A stretch of 56,039 nt of DNA, taken from Chthoniobacteraceae bacterium. GTDB taxonomy: Bacteria; Verrucomicrobiota; Verrucomicrobiia; Chthoniobacterales; Chthoniobacteraceae. A program made the position numbers and the translations under genes. The stretch covers positions 1 through 56,039 of the forward strand of contig JANNXQ010000144.1 in assembly GCA_031409655.1 (NCBI GenBank). Reading direction: 5' to 3'. Position 1 is the stretch's first letter; every line of letters begins with the position of its first letter. The notes under the pieces are model-generated. The model worked only from the letters and a program-made list of their open reading frames with translations. It was not told the DNA's origin and did not search any database. Below are positions 26,696 through 36,997 of this stretch, one piece after another.

Positions 26696-28227
26696 TGCAG
26701 CGACACCAGCACGAGCACGAGGCCGCGCCCGCTCGCGAGCGGCGTCATCGCTTTGCCGATGATGGCGCCCTGCGCCCGCCCGTGGTCGCTCGCTTTCATC
26801 CCATGCCCCGGCGTGTCGCTCGTGGTGATGAGATCGCCGGGCTCGATCGCACCGCGCTCCGCATCGACCAGACAATACACGCGGCCCGAGAGCGCCACGG
26901 GATGCGCGCCATCCGCGATGCTGCCGCGCTGGCCCATGCGCAGGCCAGGCCGCACCCCGCCCGCACCGCTCACCACACCGGCGACAGCGCGATCGTAGGC
27001 GCGATCGGCCACAGCGAGTTCACCAGGATGCGCGGCGTCGATGCGCACGAGCATCCCCGGCTGCGCGTGCTCGGAGCGGATGCCGAAGTTCTCCGAAAAA
27101 TCGCTCCCCGCCGTGATCTCGAGCACCTGGGTGGAGATGCGCCCTTCGCCGCCGAAGTCCGCATCGAGCACGATCGACGGCGAGCCGCCCGCGCCTTTGT
27201 AGAGCGCGATCTGCGCGCCATTGCCCGGGCCTTCCGCGCCTTCGATGAAGACCGTGGTCGTGCCATCTTCATCGCGCAGCACCAGCTCGCCACCGCCCCC
27301 GGAGCCGAGTCCGTCGAGTTCCGCGCGCGTGGCCCCCGAAGCATTGGCGACCTTGATGATGCCTGCTCCAGTTTCATCGCCATCGAGCGTGATCGTCGTG
27401 CCGCCGGCACCGCTGCGCAGGTACATCACCGCGCCTTGCCCGCCACCAAAGGCCGCATTGATTTCCACGGTCTCGATCCCGGAAGACATGCGGAGCGAGA
27501 GCGAGGCCGCCTCGTCGGTGGCGTCGGAATTGAGCACCAGCGTGGAGGTGCCGCCGGAGTTGAACATCGTGAGCAGACTGCCGCGGTCGAGCGAGTCGCC
27601 ATCGAGCGTGAAGGTCTGCGCCCCGAGCCCATTGCGCAGCGTGAGCAGCGCGCCCTGTCCGCTCCCCGTCGAGGCATCCAGCGTCACCGTCTCCGGGCCG
27701 CTCTGGTTGAGGCGCAGATCGGACACCGTGATGTCATCCGCGAGCTGCGCCGAGCCCACTGCGCCCCCCGCGATCTTCGCGCTGGTGATGCTCGCGTCCG
27801 GCACCGTCATCGCCAGGAACGCGTAGCCCGTGGAAGTGATCGCGTGATCGGCGATGATCGCCGGCGCGACCACCCCATCGCTGAACCAGATGCGCACGCG
27901 CAGCGCGGCATTGGTGAAGATCGCCGCCGGGATCGGGATGGCCATGCCCGCCACCGTCGTATCGCCGAGGCCCACAGAGAAGAGGCCGCTGGTCACCGGC
28001 AACGAGACCGCCGTGACCGGCATCGCCGCCTCGACACTCGAGTTGTCGTGGCTCCAGAGACTCGTCGGCGGCCCGTTGCGATAGATCACGAAGCGGAACT
28101 GCCCCGTGCCGGTGAAGGCCGTGCCGGCATTGGTGATGCGGCCTTGGTAAGTGATGATCCCCGGCGCCTGCGCCCGGAGTGGGACGGAAAGGATCGCGAG
28201 AACGAGAAGGACGAGCTTGGTTTTCAT
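26692..28227 (-). CDS. Secreted fibre-like protein: YQGR N-domain, Gly-rich beta repeats, C-terminal chaperone-like (Peptidase_G2/IMC-like) domain
   Basis: Signal peptide + APGIITYQGRI..FRFVIY..GLFSVGLG..LRVRIWF; C-term GSDFSENF..VALSGRVYC..PGDLITTS..IIGKAM. Confidence 0.78.
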   Translation of the reverse strand: MKTKLVLLVLAILSVPLRAQAPGIITYQGRITNAGTAFTGTGQFRFVIYRNGPPTSLWSHDNSSVEAAMPVTAVSLPVTSGLFSVGLGDTTVAGMAIPIPAAIFTNAALRVRIWFSDGVVAPAIIADHAITSTGYAFLAMTVPDASITSAKIAGGAVGSAQLADDITVSDLRLNQSGPETVTLDASTGSGQGALLTLRNGLGAQTFTLDGDSLDRGSLLTMFNSGGTSTLVLNSDATDEAASLSLRMSSGIETVEINAAFGGGQGAVMYLRSGAGGTTITLDGDETGAGIIKVANASGATRAELDGLGSGGGGELVLRDEDGTTTVFIEGAEGPGNGAQIALYKGAGGSPSIVLDADFGGEGRISTQVLEITAGSDFSENFGIRSEHAQPGMLVRIDAAHPGELAVADRAYDRAVAGVVSGAGGVRPGLRMGQRGSIADGAHPVALSGRVYCLVDAERGAIEPGDLITTSDTPGHGMKASDHGRAQGAIIGKAMTPLASGRGLVLVLVSLQ

Positions 28228-28256
28228 AAGGCGCGAGGAGGGCTTGCACACTCCTC

Positions 28257-28316
28257 TACGCAAAACCGTCGGAGTTCGTTTCAACCCCCGGTAACGAGCG
28301 ACCGGGAAATTGCGTA
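28257..28316. promoter_or_regulatory. Back-to-back putative ECF-type promoters
   Basis: + strand GTAAC(28291)-N17-CGTA(28313); - strand GAAAC(28282)-N17-CGTA(28260). Confidence 0.5.
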
Positions 28317-28325
28317 TCCATAAGG

Positions 28326-31300
28326 ATGCGTCATTTCTTGCCGATGCGGCACCCCTTCCTGCTCGCGACGTTTCTCTTCCTCACCGCCGCTTCGGCGCGT
28401 GCAGATCTCTTGCATCGCTGGTCCTTCAACCAAGCCGCCGCCGCAGTCCCAAACGGAACGGTGTTCGCAGACACGATCTCGGGGACGAATGCCACGTTGC
28501 GCGGCCTTGGCGCGACGCTCAATGGTGCGCGCATCACGCTTCCTGGGAATACCACGAGCGGCACGGCACAGCCGGGGATCGCCGCGTATCTCGATCTGCC
28601 CAATGGGCTCGTCTCTTCGAAGACGCACCTCACCGTGGAAATCTGGGCCGCACCGATCGCGGCGCGCTTTTTTCAGCCGCTCTTCGACTTCGGCCGCATG
28701 AACCACGCGGGCGACGGCCTCGGCGCTCCGGGCGAATGGACCGGAAACTCCGCCGCGGTGCCGCCGACCTCCGAGACCAGCGACGGGCTCGCGCTGCTCA
28801 TCAACCGCGACAACAACCTCAACACCCAGCGCCAGGGCTCGCGGATCAATGGCGGCACGCCGCTCTATCTCGACTCCGCGCTCCCCACGACGGCGGGCAC
28901 GACTTATCACTACGTCTTCACGTTTCAGGACACCGCGGGCGGCGGAACCGTGTCGTGGTATCGCAATGGCGCGCTCGTGGCGTCGGGCGCGGTCGCCTTT
29001 CACCTCAACGAGATCGAGGATGTGAACAACTGGCTCGGCCGTTCGCAGTGGAACATCCTCTCAAACGCCAACGCGGCCTACCACGAGGTGCGCATTTACA
29101 ATCACGCCTTCACGCCCGCCCAAGTCACGGCCAGCCAGGCCGCGGGACCGGATGCCATCTTTGCGCCGCCGATCTTGCAGCCCGATAGTGCGACGCTGCA
29201 TCACGGACAAAAGGTGCGCGTCGCCGTGCTCGCGAACGATGCGCCCGGCGCGAATCCAGCGTCGGTGGAGGTCGTGCAGCAGCCGCTGTTCGGCACCGCC
29301 GTGCCGGATTCTGGCGGACGCATTCTCTACACGCACACGACGGGCAGTCCCACCGGAGACAGCTTCACCTATCGCGCCAACAGCGCCGGTGGCTTCAGCG
29401 CGCCGGTCACGGTGACGCTCACCTTCGCGACGAGCCTGCGCATTGCGAATACGACGCTCAACATCCCCTCCGCACCACCGCCGACGGCTTATACGTTACC
29501 AAACGCATTCGGCGCGCTCACCTTCGACCAACCGATCCACATCGCCACCGTGCCCGGCGATGCGCAGCGGCTCTTCGTCGTCGAGCGGCGCAATGGCATC
29601 CGCGTCATCCCGAATGTCGCCGCGCCGACTTCGCAGATGTTCCTCAATCTCGCCGCGGTGCTCGCCACGCGCGGGAATGAATCCATCGGCGACACTTTCG
29701 ATCAGGGCGTGATGAGCGTCGCCTTCCACCCGCAGCACGCGGTGAATGGCCACTTCTACCTCTTCTATTCCGCGCGCGTCGCGGGACTCGACTACTTCCG
29801 CATCTCGCGCTTCACCACGCTAGCTGGTAATCCAAACTCCGCCGATCCCGCGTCGGAACTCGTGCTCATCCAGCAGCGCGACGTGAATGGATTTCACCTC
29901 GGCACCGACCTGCACTTCGGCCCCGACGGCTATCTCTACATCGCGCTCGGCGACGGCGGCGGGCAGAACGATTCGCGCCAGGTGAGCCAGCGAATCGATC
30001 TCGATTTCTTCTCCGCCATCGCGCGCATCGACGTGGATAAGCGGCCCGGCAATCCCGAGCCGAACGTCCACGCCTCCGTGCCGCGCGACGCCGGCATCGC
30101 GCGTTACTCGGTGCCGGCAAGCAACCCGTTCGTGACTGCAAATCCGACGGTGCCTTTCAACGGAGTGAACATCCCGGCAGCCAATGTGCGCACGGAATTC
30201 TACGCCGTCGGGATGCGCAATCCGTGGCGCTTTTCCTTCGACTCCACGACGGGTGAGCTGTGGTGCGGCGACGTGGGGCAGGTTGCTTACGAGGAGGTGA
30301 ACCTCGTCACGAATGGCGGGAACTACGGCTGGTCCTTCCGCGAGGGCACAGTCGCCGGGCCGCAGATGTTTCGCGCGCCGCCCGGCTTCGTCGGCGTCGA
30401 TCCGCTCTACCAATACGGCAATCCGATTCCCGGGGCTTACAACCGCTCGATCACCGGTGGCCTCGTCTATCGCGGCGCGAACATTCCGAACCTCACCGGC
30501 GCGTACCTTTTTGCGGACTTCATGACGGGCGACATCTCTTCGTTGCGACGACTCCAGGGTGGCGGAGTGGAAGTGCAGCGCATCGCCGGCGAAGGCGGCA
30601 TCGTCGCCTTCGGGGCCGACCCGTCGAACGGTGACGCGCTGCTCGCGGACATCGCCGACGGCGTGATCCGCCGGCTCACGCAGGGCACCGACGACAGCAC
30701 CTTCCCGCAGACGCTGAGCGCCACGAATCTCTTCACCGAAGTCGCGACGCTCTCACCCGCGCCGGGCCTGTTGCCTTACACGCCGAATCTTTCCTTCTGG
30801 AGCGATCACGCCACGAAACGCCGCTGGTTCATCGTGCCCGATGGCGCGAGCACGATGACGTGGCAGCGGGAGGGTGCGTGGACTTATCCGACCGGAACGG
30901 TGTGGGTGAAACACTTCGATCTCGAGACGACGCGCAACAACGCCGCCACCGCGCAGCGCATCGAAACGCGCGTGCTCGTGAAGACCGCGACCGGAAGTTA
31001 CGGCGTGAGCTACCGCTGGAACGCTGCGCAGACCGAAGCCACGCTCGTCCCCGACGCGGGCGCGGATCTCGCCATCGACGTGACCGAGAACGGCGCGCCA
31101 CGCGTGCAGAACTATCGCATTCCGAGCCGTGCCCAGTGCCTCGCCTGCCACACCCCGCAAGCCGGCCACGCGCTCAGCTTCAACACGCGCCAGCTCAACC
31201 GCAGCGAACCCATCCACGGCTTCCCCGGTAATCAACTCACGCTCCTCCAACAGGCCGGTTACTTTTCCAACACCCCCGACTCGCCCCACTTACTCCCGCG

Positions 31301-32018
31301 CCATCTGCACCCCGGCGAAACCGCCTTCCCCGTCGAAGCGCGCGTGCGCTCCTATCTCGAAGTGAACTGCGCGAATTGCCACCAGTCCGGCGGCATCGCG
31401 AGCGGCACTTGGGATGGCCGTGCCTTGCTCACGCTCGCGCAGACCGGCCTGATCCGCGGCGCGGCCGTGAACAACGGCGGCAACGCCGCCAATCAACTCA
31501 TCGTTCCCGGCAGTCTCACGCACTCCATCGTCTTCAACCGCGTCGCCGCCGCGAATGGCTTCACCCGCATGCCCCCGCTCGGCAGCAACGAACTCGACCA
31601 AAGTGCCATCGATTTGCTCGCCGAATGGATCGGCACTGCCCTGCCGTCGCGCCAGAGTTTCGCGCAGTGGCGGCTCGCCAATTTCGGCTCCGCTAACACC
31701 CCGGAAGGCGCGCCCGATTTCGACGCTGACGCTGATGGCTTCAGCAACGAACACGAATTCCTCGCCGGCACCGCCCCGCGCAACGGCTCGAGTTTCCTCT
31801 TCCCACATCCCACGACTCCCGGCGCTAACGTGACCTTCACCTTCACCCTCCCCGCCAACCGCTCGTGGCAAATCGAAACCTCGACCGACCTGGCGACATG
31901 GTCGCTCTGGAACACCCCCGGCAACGCGGCCCTCCCACACCCCGGCGGCCCCGCGACGCTCACCGGTCCACGGATCGGCGACCGGCAATTCTTCCGACTA
32001 CTGCTCTGGGAAAACTGA
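28326..32018 (+). CDS. Secreted LamG + Ig-like + glucose/sorbosone dehydrogenase (PQQ) propeller + diheme cytochrome c + C-terminal domain protein
   Basis: [38 protein letters not shown] and CANCH; RMPP; ends [11 protein letters not shown] (alternative start 28344). Confidence 0.88.
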   Translation: MRHFLPMRHPFLLATFLFLTAASARADLLHRWSFNQAAAAVPNGTVFADTISGTNATLRGLGATLNGARITLPGNTTSGTAQPGIAAYLDLPNGLVSSKTHLTVEIWAAPIAARFFQPLFDFGRMNHAGDGLGAPGEWTGNSAAVPPTSETSDGLALLINRDNNLNTQRQGSRINGGTPLYLDSALPTTAGTTYHYVFTFQDTAGGGTVSWYRNGALVASGAVAFHLNEIEDVNNWLGRSQWNILSNANAAYHEVRIYNHAFTPAQVTASQAAGPDAIFAPPILQPDSATLHHGQKVRVAVLANDAPGANPASVEVVQQPLFGTAVPDSGGRILYTHTTGSPTGDSFTYRANSAGGFSAPVTVTLTFATSLRIANTTLNIPSAPPPTAYTLPNAFGALTFDQPIHIATVPGDAQRLFVVERRNGIRVIPNVAAPTSQMFLNLAAVLATRGNESIGDTFDQGVMSVAFHPQHAVNGHFYLFYSARVAGLDYFRISRFTTLAGNPNSADPASELVLIQQRDVNGFHLGTDLHFGPDGYLYIALGDGGGQNDSRQVSQRIDLDFFSAIARIDVDKRPGNPEPNVHASVPRDAGIARYSVPASNPFVTANPTVPFNGVNIPAANVRTEFYAVGMRNPWRFSFDSTTGELWCGDVGQVAYEEVNLVTNGGNYGWSFREGTVAGPQMFRAPPGFVGVDPLYQYGNPIPGAYNRSITGGLVYRGANIPNLTGAYLFADFMTGDISSLRRLQGGGVEVQRIAGEGGIVAFGADPSNGDALLADIADGVIRRLTQGTDDSTFPQTLSATNLFTEVATLSPAPGLLPYTPNLSFWSDHATKRRWFIVPDGASTMTWQREGAWTYPTGTVWVKHFDLETTRNNAATAQRIETRVLVKTATGSYGVSYRWNAAQTEATLVPDAGADLAIDVTENGAPRVQNYRIPSRAQCLACHTPQAGHALSFNTRQLNRSEPIHGFPGNQLTLLQQAGYFSNTPDSPHLLPRHLHPGETAFPVEARVRSYLEVNCANCHQSGGIASGTWDGRALLTLAQTGLIRGAAVNNGGNAANQLIVPGSLTHSIVFNRVAAANGFTRMPPLGSNELDQSAIDLLAEWIGTALPSRQSFAQWRLANFGSANTPEGAPDFDADADGFSNEHEFLAGTAPRNGSSFLFPHPTTPGANVTFTFTLPANRSWQIETSTDLATWSLWNTPGNAALPHPGGPATLTGPRIGDRQFFRLLLWEN

Positions 32019-32175
32019 TCGGCTGGCGGCCACGCCGGGAGGCTGTCCGCAGCGGGCGGAGCAAACGCTGCGCGGAAAACGGAGCCACCCTTCCAACTTA
32101 GGGCAATCTTTTCCGCTATCGGATGAGGCGGTCCCTCGGTTTACTCACCCGCATTCCGCACCCATACCCTCCGCC

Positions 32176-33228
<1,053 letters not shown>

Positions 33229-33238
33229 ATAAGGGGGC

Positions 33239-33321
33239 GAACATCGAACGCCGAACTTTGAACATCGAACATCGAACGCGGGAGAGCGCGCGTCTCGTTC
33301 GATGTTCGATGTTCGATGTTC
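33239..33321. repeat. Gene-less hairpin of inverted GAACATC 7-mer arrays
   Basis: (GAACATC-like)x5.5 at 33239-33278 and (GATGTTC)x3.5 at 33296-33321, intergenic. Confidence 0.9.
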
Positions 33322-33348
33322 TCCTCCTGCTTCTCCTGAGGTCCCAAA

Positions 33349-34248
33349 ATGTCCCACGTCACCGACTTCCTCTCCCCGCGCGATCTCAGCAAGATCGGCA
33401 ACCTCCAGATCTTCGCCCGCCAGGTCGTCGAAGGCTTTTGCTCCGGCCAGCATCGCTCGCCGCACAAGGGCTTCTCGGTCGAATTCAAACAGCACCGGCC
33501 TTACGTCCCGGGGGATGAGATTCGGCACATCGACTGGCGCGTCTTTGGGCGCAGTGACCGCTTTTACATCCGCGAGTATGAAGAGGAGACAAACCTCCGC
33601 GCCACGCTCCTTCTCGATCGCAGTGGGTCGATGGCCTATGGGTCGGCGGGCGGAAAGTCGAAGCTCGAATACGCGACCCGTCTCGCGGCCTGCCTCGCGT
33701 ATCTGATGCTCCAGCAGAGTGATGGTGTGGGGCTCGTGACTTTTGACACGGCGATCCGCCGCTACATTCCGCCGCGGTCGCGGATCAGCCATCTGCGGGT
33801 GCTGATCGATGAACTGCAAAAGAGCGAGCCCGGCGGGGAAACGGAACTGGGCGACGTCTTCCACGATCTCGTGCCGAAGCTGCACCGGCGCGGATTGCTC
33901 ATCGTCCTGAGCGATTGTTTCGGCGATGTGGCCACGCTGCTCAAGGCGCTCGCGCATTTCCGCCACGCGCATCACGAGATCCTCGTCTTCCAAATTTGGG
34001 ACCGCGACGAACTCGATTTTCCGTTCAAGCAGTGGACGCAATTTGAGTGCCTCGAGCGAAGCGGGACCAAACACCTGCTCGACCCGGCGCTGCTGCGGGA
34101 AGCGTATCTCGCGAACCTCGAAAAATTCCGCGACGACCTCACCCGCGGGTGTCGGCGGCATAAGATCGATCTCGTGCAGTTTTGCACGGATCAGCCGTAT
34201 GCGGATGCGCTGGCGGCTTATTTGAGTCGGAGGATGGCCCGGACGTGA
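33349..34248 (+). CDS. DUF58 (vWA-like) MoxR partner
   Basis: [45 protein letters not shown]. Confidence 0.93.
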   Translation: MSHVTDFLSPRDLSKIGNLQIFARQVVEGFCSGQHRSPHKGFSVEFKQHRPYVPGDEIRHIDWRVFGRSDRFYIREYEEETNLRATLLLDRSGSMAYGSAGGKSKLEYATRLAACLAYLMLQQSDGVGLVTFDTAIRRYIPPRSRISHLRVLIDELQKSEPGGETELGDVFHDLVPKLHRRGLLIVLSDCFGDVATLLKALAHFRHAHHEILVFQIWDRDELDFPFKQWTQFECLERSGTKHLLDPALLREAYLANLEKFRDDLTRGCRRHKIDLVQFCTDQPYADALAAYLSRRMART

Positions 34249-34787
34249 AAAGCGAACATCGAACACCGAACGTCGAACATCGAACTTCGAACAAGGAAAG
34301 GCAGACGAATGTCTTCGATTTGGAGGAGCGGCTGCTGGAATTCGCGGCGCGGATCATTCGACTGGCGGAGGCGCTGCCTAGTGGACGCGGAGCGAATCAT
34401 GTCGCAGGGCAGGTGTTACGATCCGGCACATCGCCGCTGCCGAATCACGGTGAAATGCAGGCGGCGGAGTCGTTGGCCGACTTCATTCACAAACTGAAGA
34501 TTTGCCTTAAGGAACTCCGCGAGACGCATCGGTGGCTACGCCTGATCGAGCGTTCCCGCTGGGTTCGCCCAACGACCAAACTGACTCCGCTGCTCACCGA
34601 GTGTGAGCAACTGGTTCGCATCTTCGTCAAGAGCCTCGAAACCGCTCAGGCTCGTCAGACTGGAGGTAGCGTGCGCGAAGATCCCCCTCTTCGTTCGATG
34701 TTCGATGTTCAAAGTTCGACGTTCGATGTTCTCCCCAAGAAGTCGATCAGCTACCCGACGCCCGCAAAGAAGCGCCGCGCGAAATGA
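34245..34787 (+). CDS. Four-helix bundle protein (23S rRNA IVP / TIGR02436-like), extended at both ends by translated 7-mer arrays
   Basis: [48 protein letters not shown] overlap with DUF58 stop and ATGA overlap with next start. Confidence 0.88.
   Translation: MKSEHRTPNVEHRTSNKERQTNVFDLEERLLEFAARIIRLAEALPSGRGANHVAGQVLRSGTSPLPNHGEMQAAESLADFIHKLKICLKELRETHRWLRLIERSRWVRPTTKLTPLLTECEQLVRIFVKSLETAQARQTGGSVREDPPLRSMFDVQSSTFDVLPKKSISYPTPAKKRRAK
34254..34731. repeat. Inverted 7-mer arrays flanking the four-helix-bundle core
   Basis: GAACATC-type array 34254-34292 and GATGTTC-type array 34693-34731. Confidence 0.92.
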
Positions 34788-36997
34788 CGTTCCTAAATCT
34801 CGCCCTCCTCGCTGGCATCCTCGCGCTGGCCATCCCGATCATCATCCACCTCTTTCACAAGAGTCGCTTTCAGCAGGTGAAATGGGGCGCGATGCATTTG
34901 CTCGAAGCCGTCATCCGGCAGAACCAGCGCCGGGTGCAAATCGAGCAGCTCATTCTGCTCGCGATCCGGTGTGCGATTCCGGCGCTGCTGGCGCTGGCGA
35001 TGGCGCGGCCGGTTTGGAAGGGCGTGCGGCAACTTCTCGGCGAGACCAAGACTTCGACGGTGGTGCTGCTCGACAACAGTTACTCGATGGACGCCGGTCG
35101 GGCGGGCGTTTCGAATTTCACGCTCGCTCGCGACGAAGCTACGCGGATCATCAATGATCTCAAGCGCGGCAGCGAAGTGCAGGTCGTGCTCATGGGCGAA
35201 GGCGGCGCGGGTCTGATCGACGAACCGACTTACGATCTCGCGCGGGTGAATCAGGCGCTCACCGGACTCTCCGCGGGCTATGGCGCGGCGACGCCGCCCG
35301 CAGCGTTGGATTTCGCCGCGAGTGTGCTCGGGCAGATGCACGAGTCATCGCGGAATGTGGTGATGATCTCGGACTTCCAGCGCGTGAGTTTTCCGCCGAC
35401 CGATGACGCGATGCTCACGCAGATGCTCGATCGGCTGAAGCAGCTCCCGCTCGCCCCGGCGGTCACCTTCTTCGACGTCGGCGACGAGGTGAAAGACAAC
35501 GTCGCCGTCGAGTCTCTCGACTTTTCCAAGCTCATGGTCGGGGTCGGGCAGAAGATCCAGATCCGCGCGAATCTACGAAATTTCGGCGATGCGCCGTACA
35601 AGGATCTGCGCGTCTATTTCAAAGCCGACGGCAATGAAAAGGCCGTCTCGCAGATCGCCCTCGCGCCGCATCAGAAAGGGCAGGTGCTTTTCACGCACGC
35701 CTTCGACACCGCGGGTTCGCACGTCATCGAAGTCTTCGCCGACGCCGACGCGCTGAAGGCCGACAATACCTTCCTCGCCAGCATCCCGGTGCGCGACAAA
35801 GTCCCCGTGCTCCTCGTGAACGGCGACCCGAATCCTGAGCCGCTCAAGGGCGAGACGGACTTCGCTGAGATCGCGCTCCAGCCCTACAGCGCCGGGCGCG
35901 TGGAACTCGCGGACCTCATCAAGACCACCACGATCAGAGCCGACGATCTCGACGCGAAGCGGCTCGCCGGCACCGCTGCCGTGGTGCTCGCGAATGTCCG
36001 CAAGCTCAACGACGGCCAGCTCCGCGCGCTGGAGGATTTCGTGAAGACCGGCGGCGGCCTGCTCATCTTTCCGGGCAACCGCCTCGACACTGCGTGGTAC
36101 AACGGCGCGATGTTTCGCGACAGCAAAGGCCTGCTGCCGCTCGCCTGGGGCGCGATTGCCGGTGATCTCACGGACAAATCTCCCGCGGTCGGCGTCGTCT
36201 CGCAGCGCTTTGAAAATCCTGCGCTCGAGATTTTCAACGACCCGCGTAACGGCAGCCTCGGCGACGCGGCGATCAAGGTGTGGTTCAAGATGAAGGCGCT
36301 TGACCACTCGATGAGTGCGAACGAACCGGTCGTCCTCGCGCGACTCGACACCGGCGATCCATTCCTCGTCGAGAAAGCCTTCGGTGACGGCAAGGTCATC
36401 GTCTGCGCCACGGCGGCCGATGCGGATTGGAGCAATCTCCCGATGCGTCCGCTCTACCTCCCGCTGATGCAGCGGCTCACTGTGCATCTGGCGTCCGCCG
36501 TCTTCCCGCCGCGCAATCTCGACGTGGGCAAACCGCTCGTCGCTTTCCTGCCCGTCTCCGATGCGGGCAAAGACGCGCAGATCGTCACGCCCGATGGCGC
36601 GACCTTGAGCGTGAAGATCGTGAAGAAAGGCGAACGCGGCGTGATCGAATTTGGCAAGACCCAGCGACCCGGCCTTTACACGCTCACGCCGCCCGGCGGT
36701 CAGTTGTCGCACTACGCCGTGAACGCCTCGCGCCGCGAATCCGATCTGCAAAAACTCACGGACACGGAAATCGCCGATCTCGCGAAGCAGCACGGCGTCG
36801 ATCTCGTCCGCAGCGGCGCGGAATACAAAGCCCTCGATCACACTCGCCGCTACGGCTCCGAACTGTGGAAGACGCTGCTCTGGCTGCTGCTCGGGCTGGC
36901 GTTTTTGGAGATCTTCTTGCAGCAGAAATTTTCCCGCGTCCGCAGAGGCGGTTCACCACTGCAAAGCCGCGCGTCGATGAAGCGGTCAGTCACATGA
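34784..36997 (+). CDS. BatA-domain / vWA membrane protein
   Basis: MTFLN..LAIPIIIHL..W.AM.LL..LLAIR..LAMARP; LLDNSYSM; ISDFQ; C-terminal TM. Confidence 0.9.
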   Translation: MTFLNLALLAGILALAIPIIIHLFHKSRFQQVKWGAMHLLEAVIRQNQRRVQIEQLILLAIRCAIPALLALAMARPVWKGVRQLLGETKTSTVVLLDNSYSMDAGRAGVSNFTLARDEATRIINDLKRGSEVQVVLMGEGGAGLIDEPTYDLARVNQALTGLSAGYGAATPPAALDFAASVLGQMHESSRNVVMISDFQRVSFPPTDDAMLTQMLDRLKQLPLAPAVTFFDVGDEVKDNVAVESLDFSKLMVGVGQKIQIRANLRNFGDAPYKDLRVYFKADGNEKAVSQIALAPHQKGQVLFTHAFDTAGSHVIEVFADADALKADNTFLASIPVRDKVPVLLVNGDPNPEPLKGETDFAEIALQPYSAGRVELADLIKTTTIRADDLDAKRLAGTAAVVLANVRKLNDGQLRALEDFVKTGGGLLIFPGNRLDTAWYNGAMFRDSKGLLPLAWGAIAGDLTDKSPAVGVVSQRFENPALEIFNDPRNGSLGDAAIKVWFKMKALDHSMSANEPVVLARLDTGDPFLVEKAFGDGKVIVCATAADADWSNLPMRPLYLPLMQRLTVHLASAVFPPRNLDVGKPLVAFLPVSDAGKDAQIVTPDGATLSVKIVKKGERGVIEFGKTQRPGLYTLTPPGGQLSHYAVNASRRESDLQKLTDTEIADLAKQHGVDLVRSGAEYKALDHTRRYGSELWKTLLWLLLGLAFLEIFLQQKFSRVRRGGSPLQSRASMKRSVT

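Noticed and set aside
383..28227. Prophage (tail-fibre-like motifs, M23 as lysin)
   Set aside because: The proteins carry Sec signal peptides, and no capsid, terminase, portal or integrase genes are recognisable.
33239..34731. CRISPR array
   Set aside because: Repeats are contiguous 7-mers in inverted orientation with no unique spacers and no cas genes.
34245..34787. 23S rRNA intervening sequence
   Set aside because: The flanks are protein-coding operon genes; no rRNA sequence is present.
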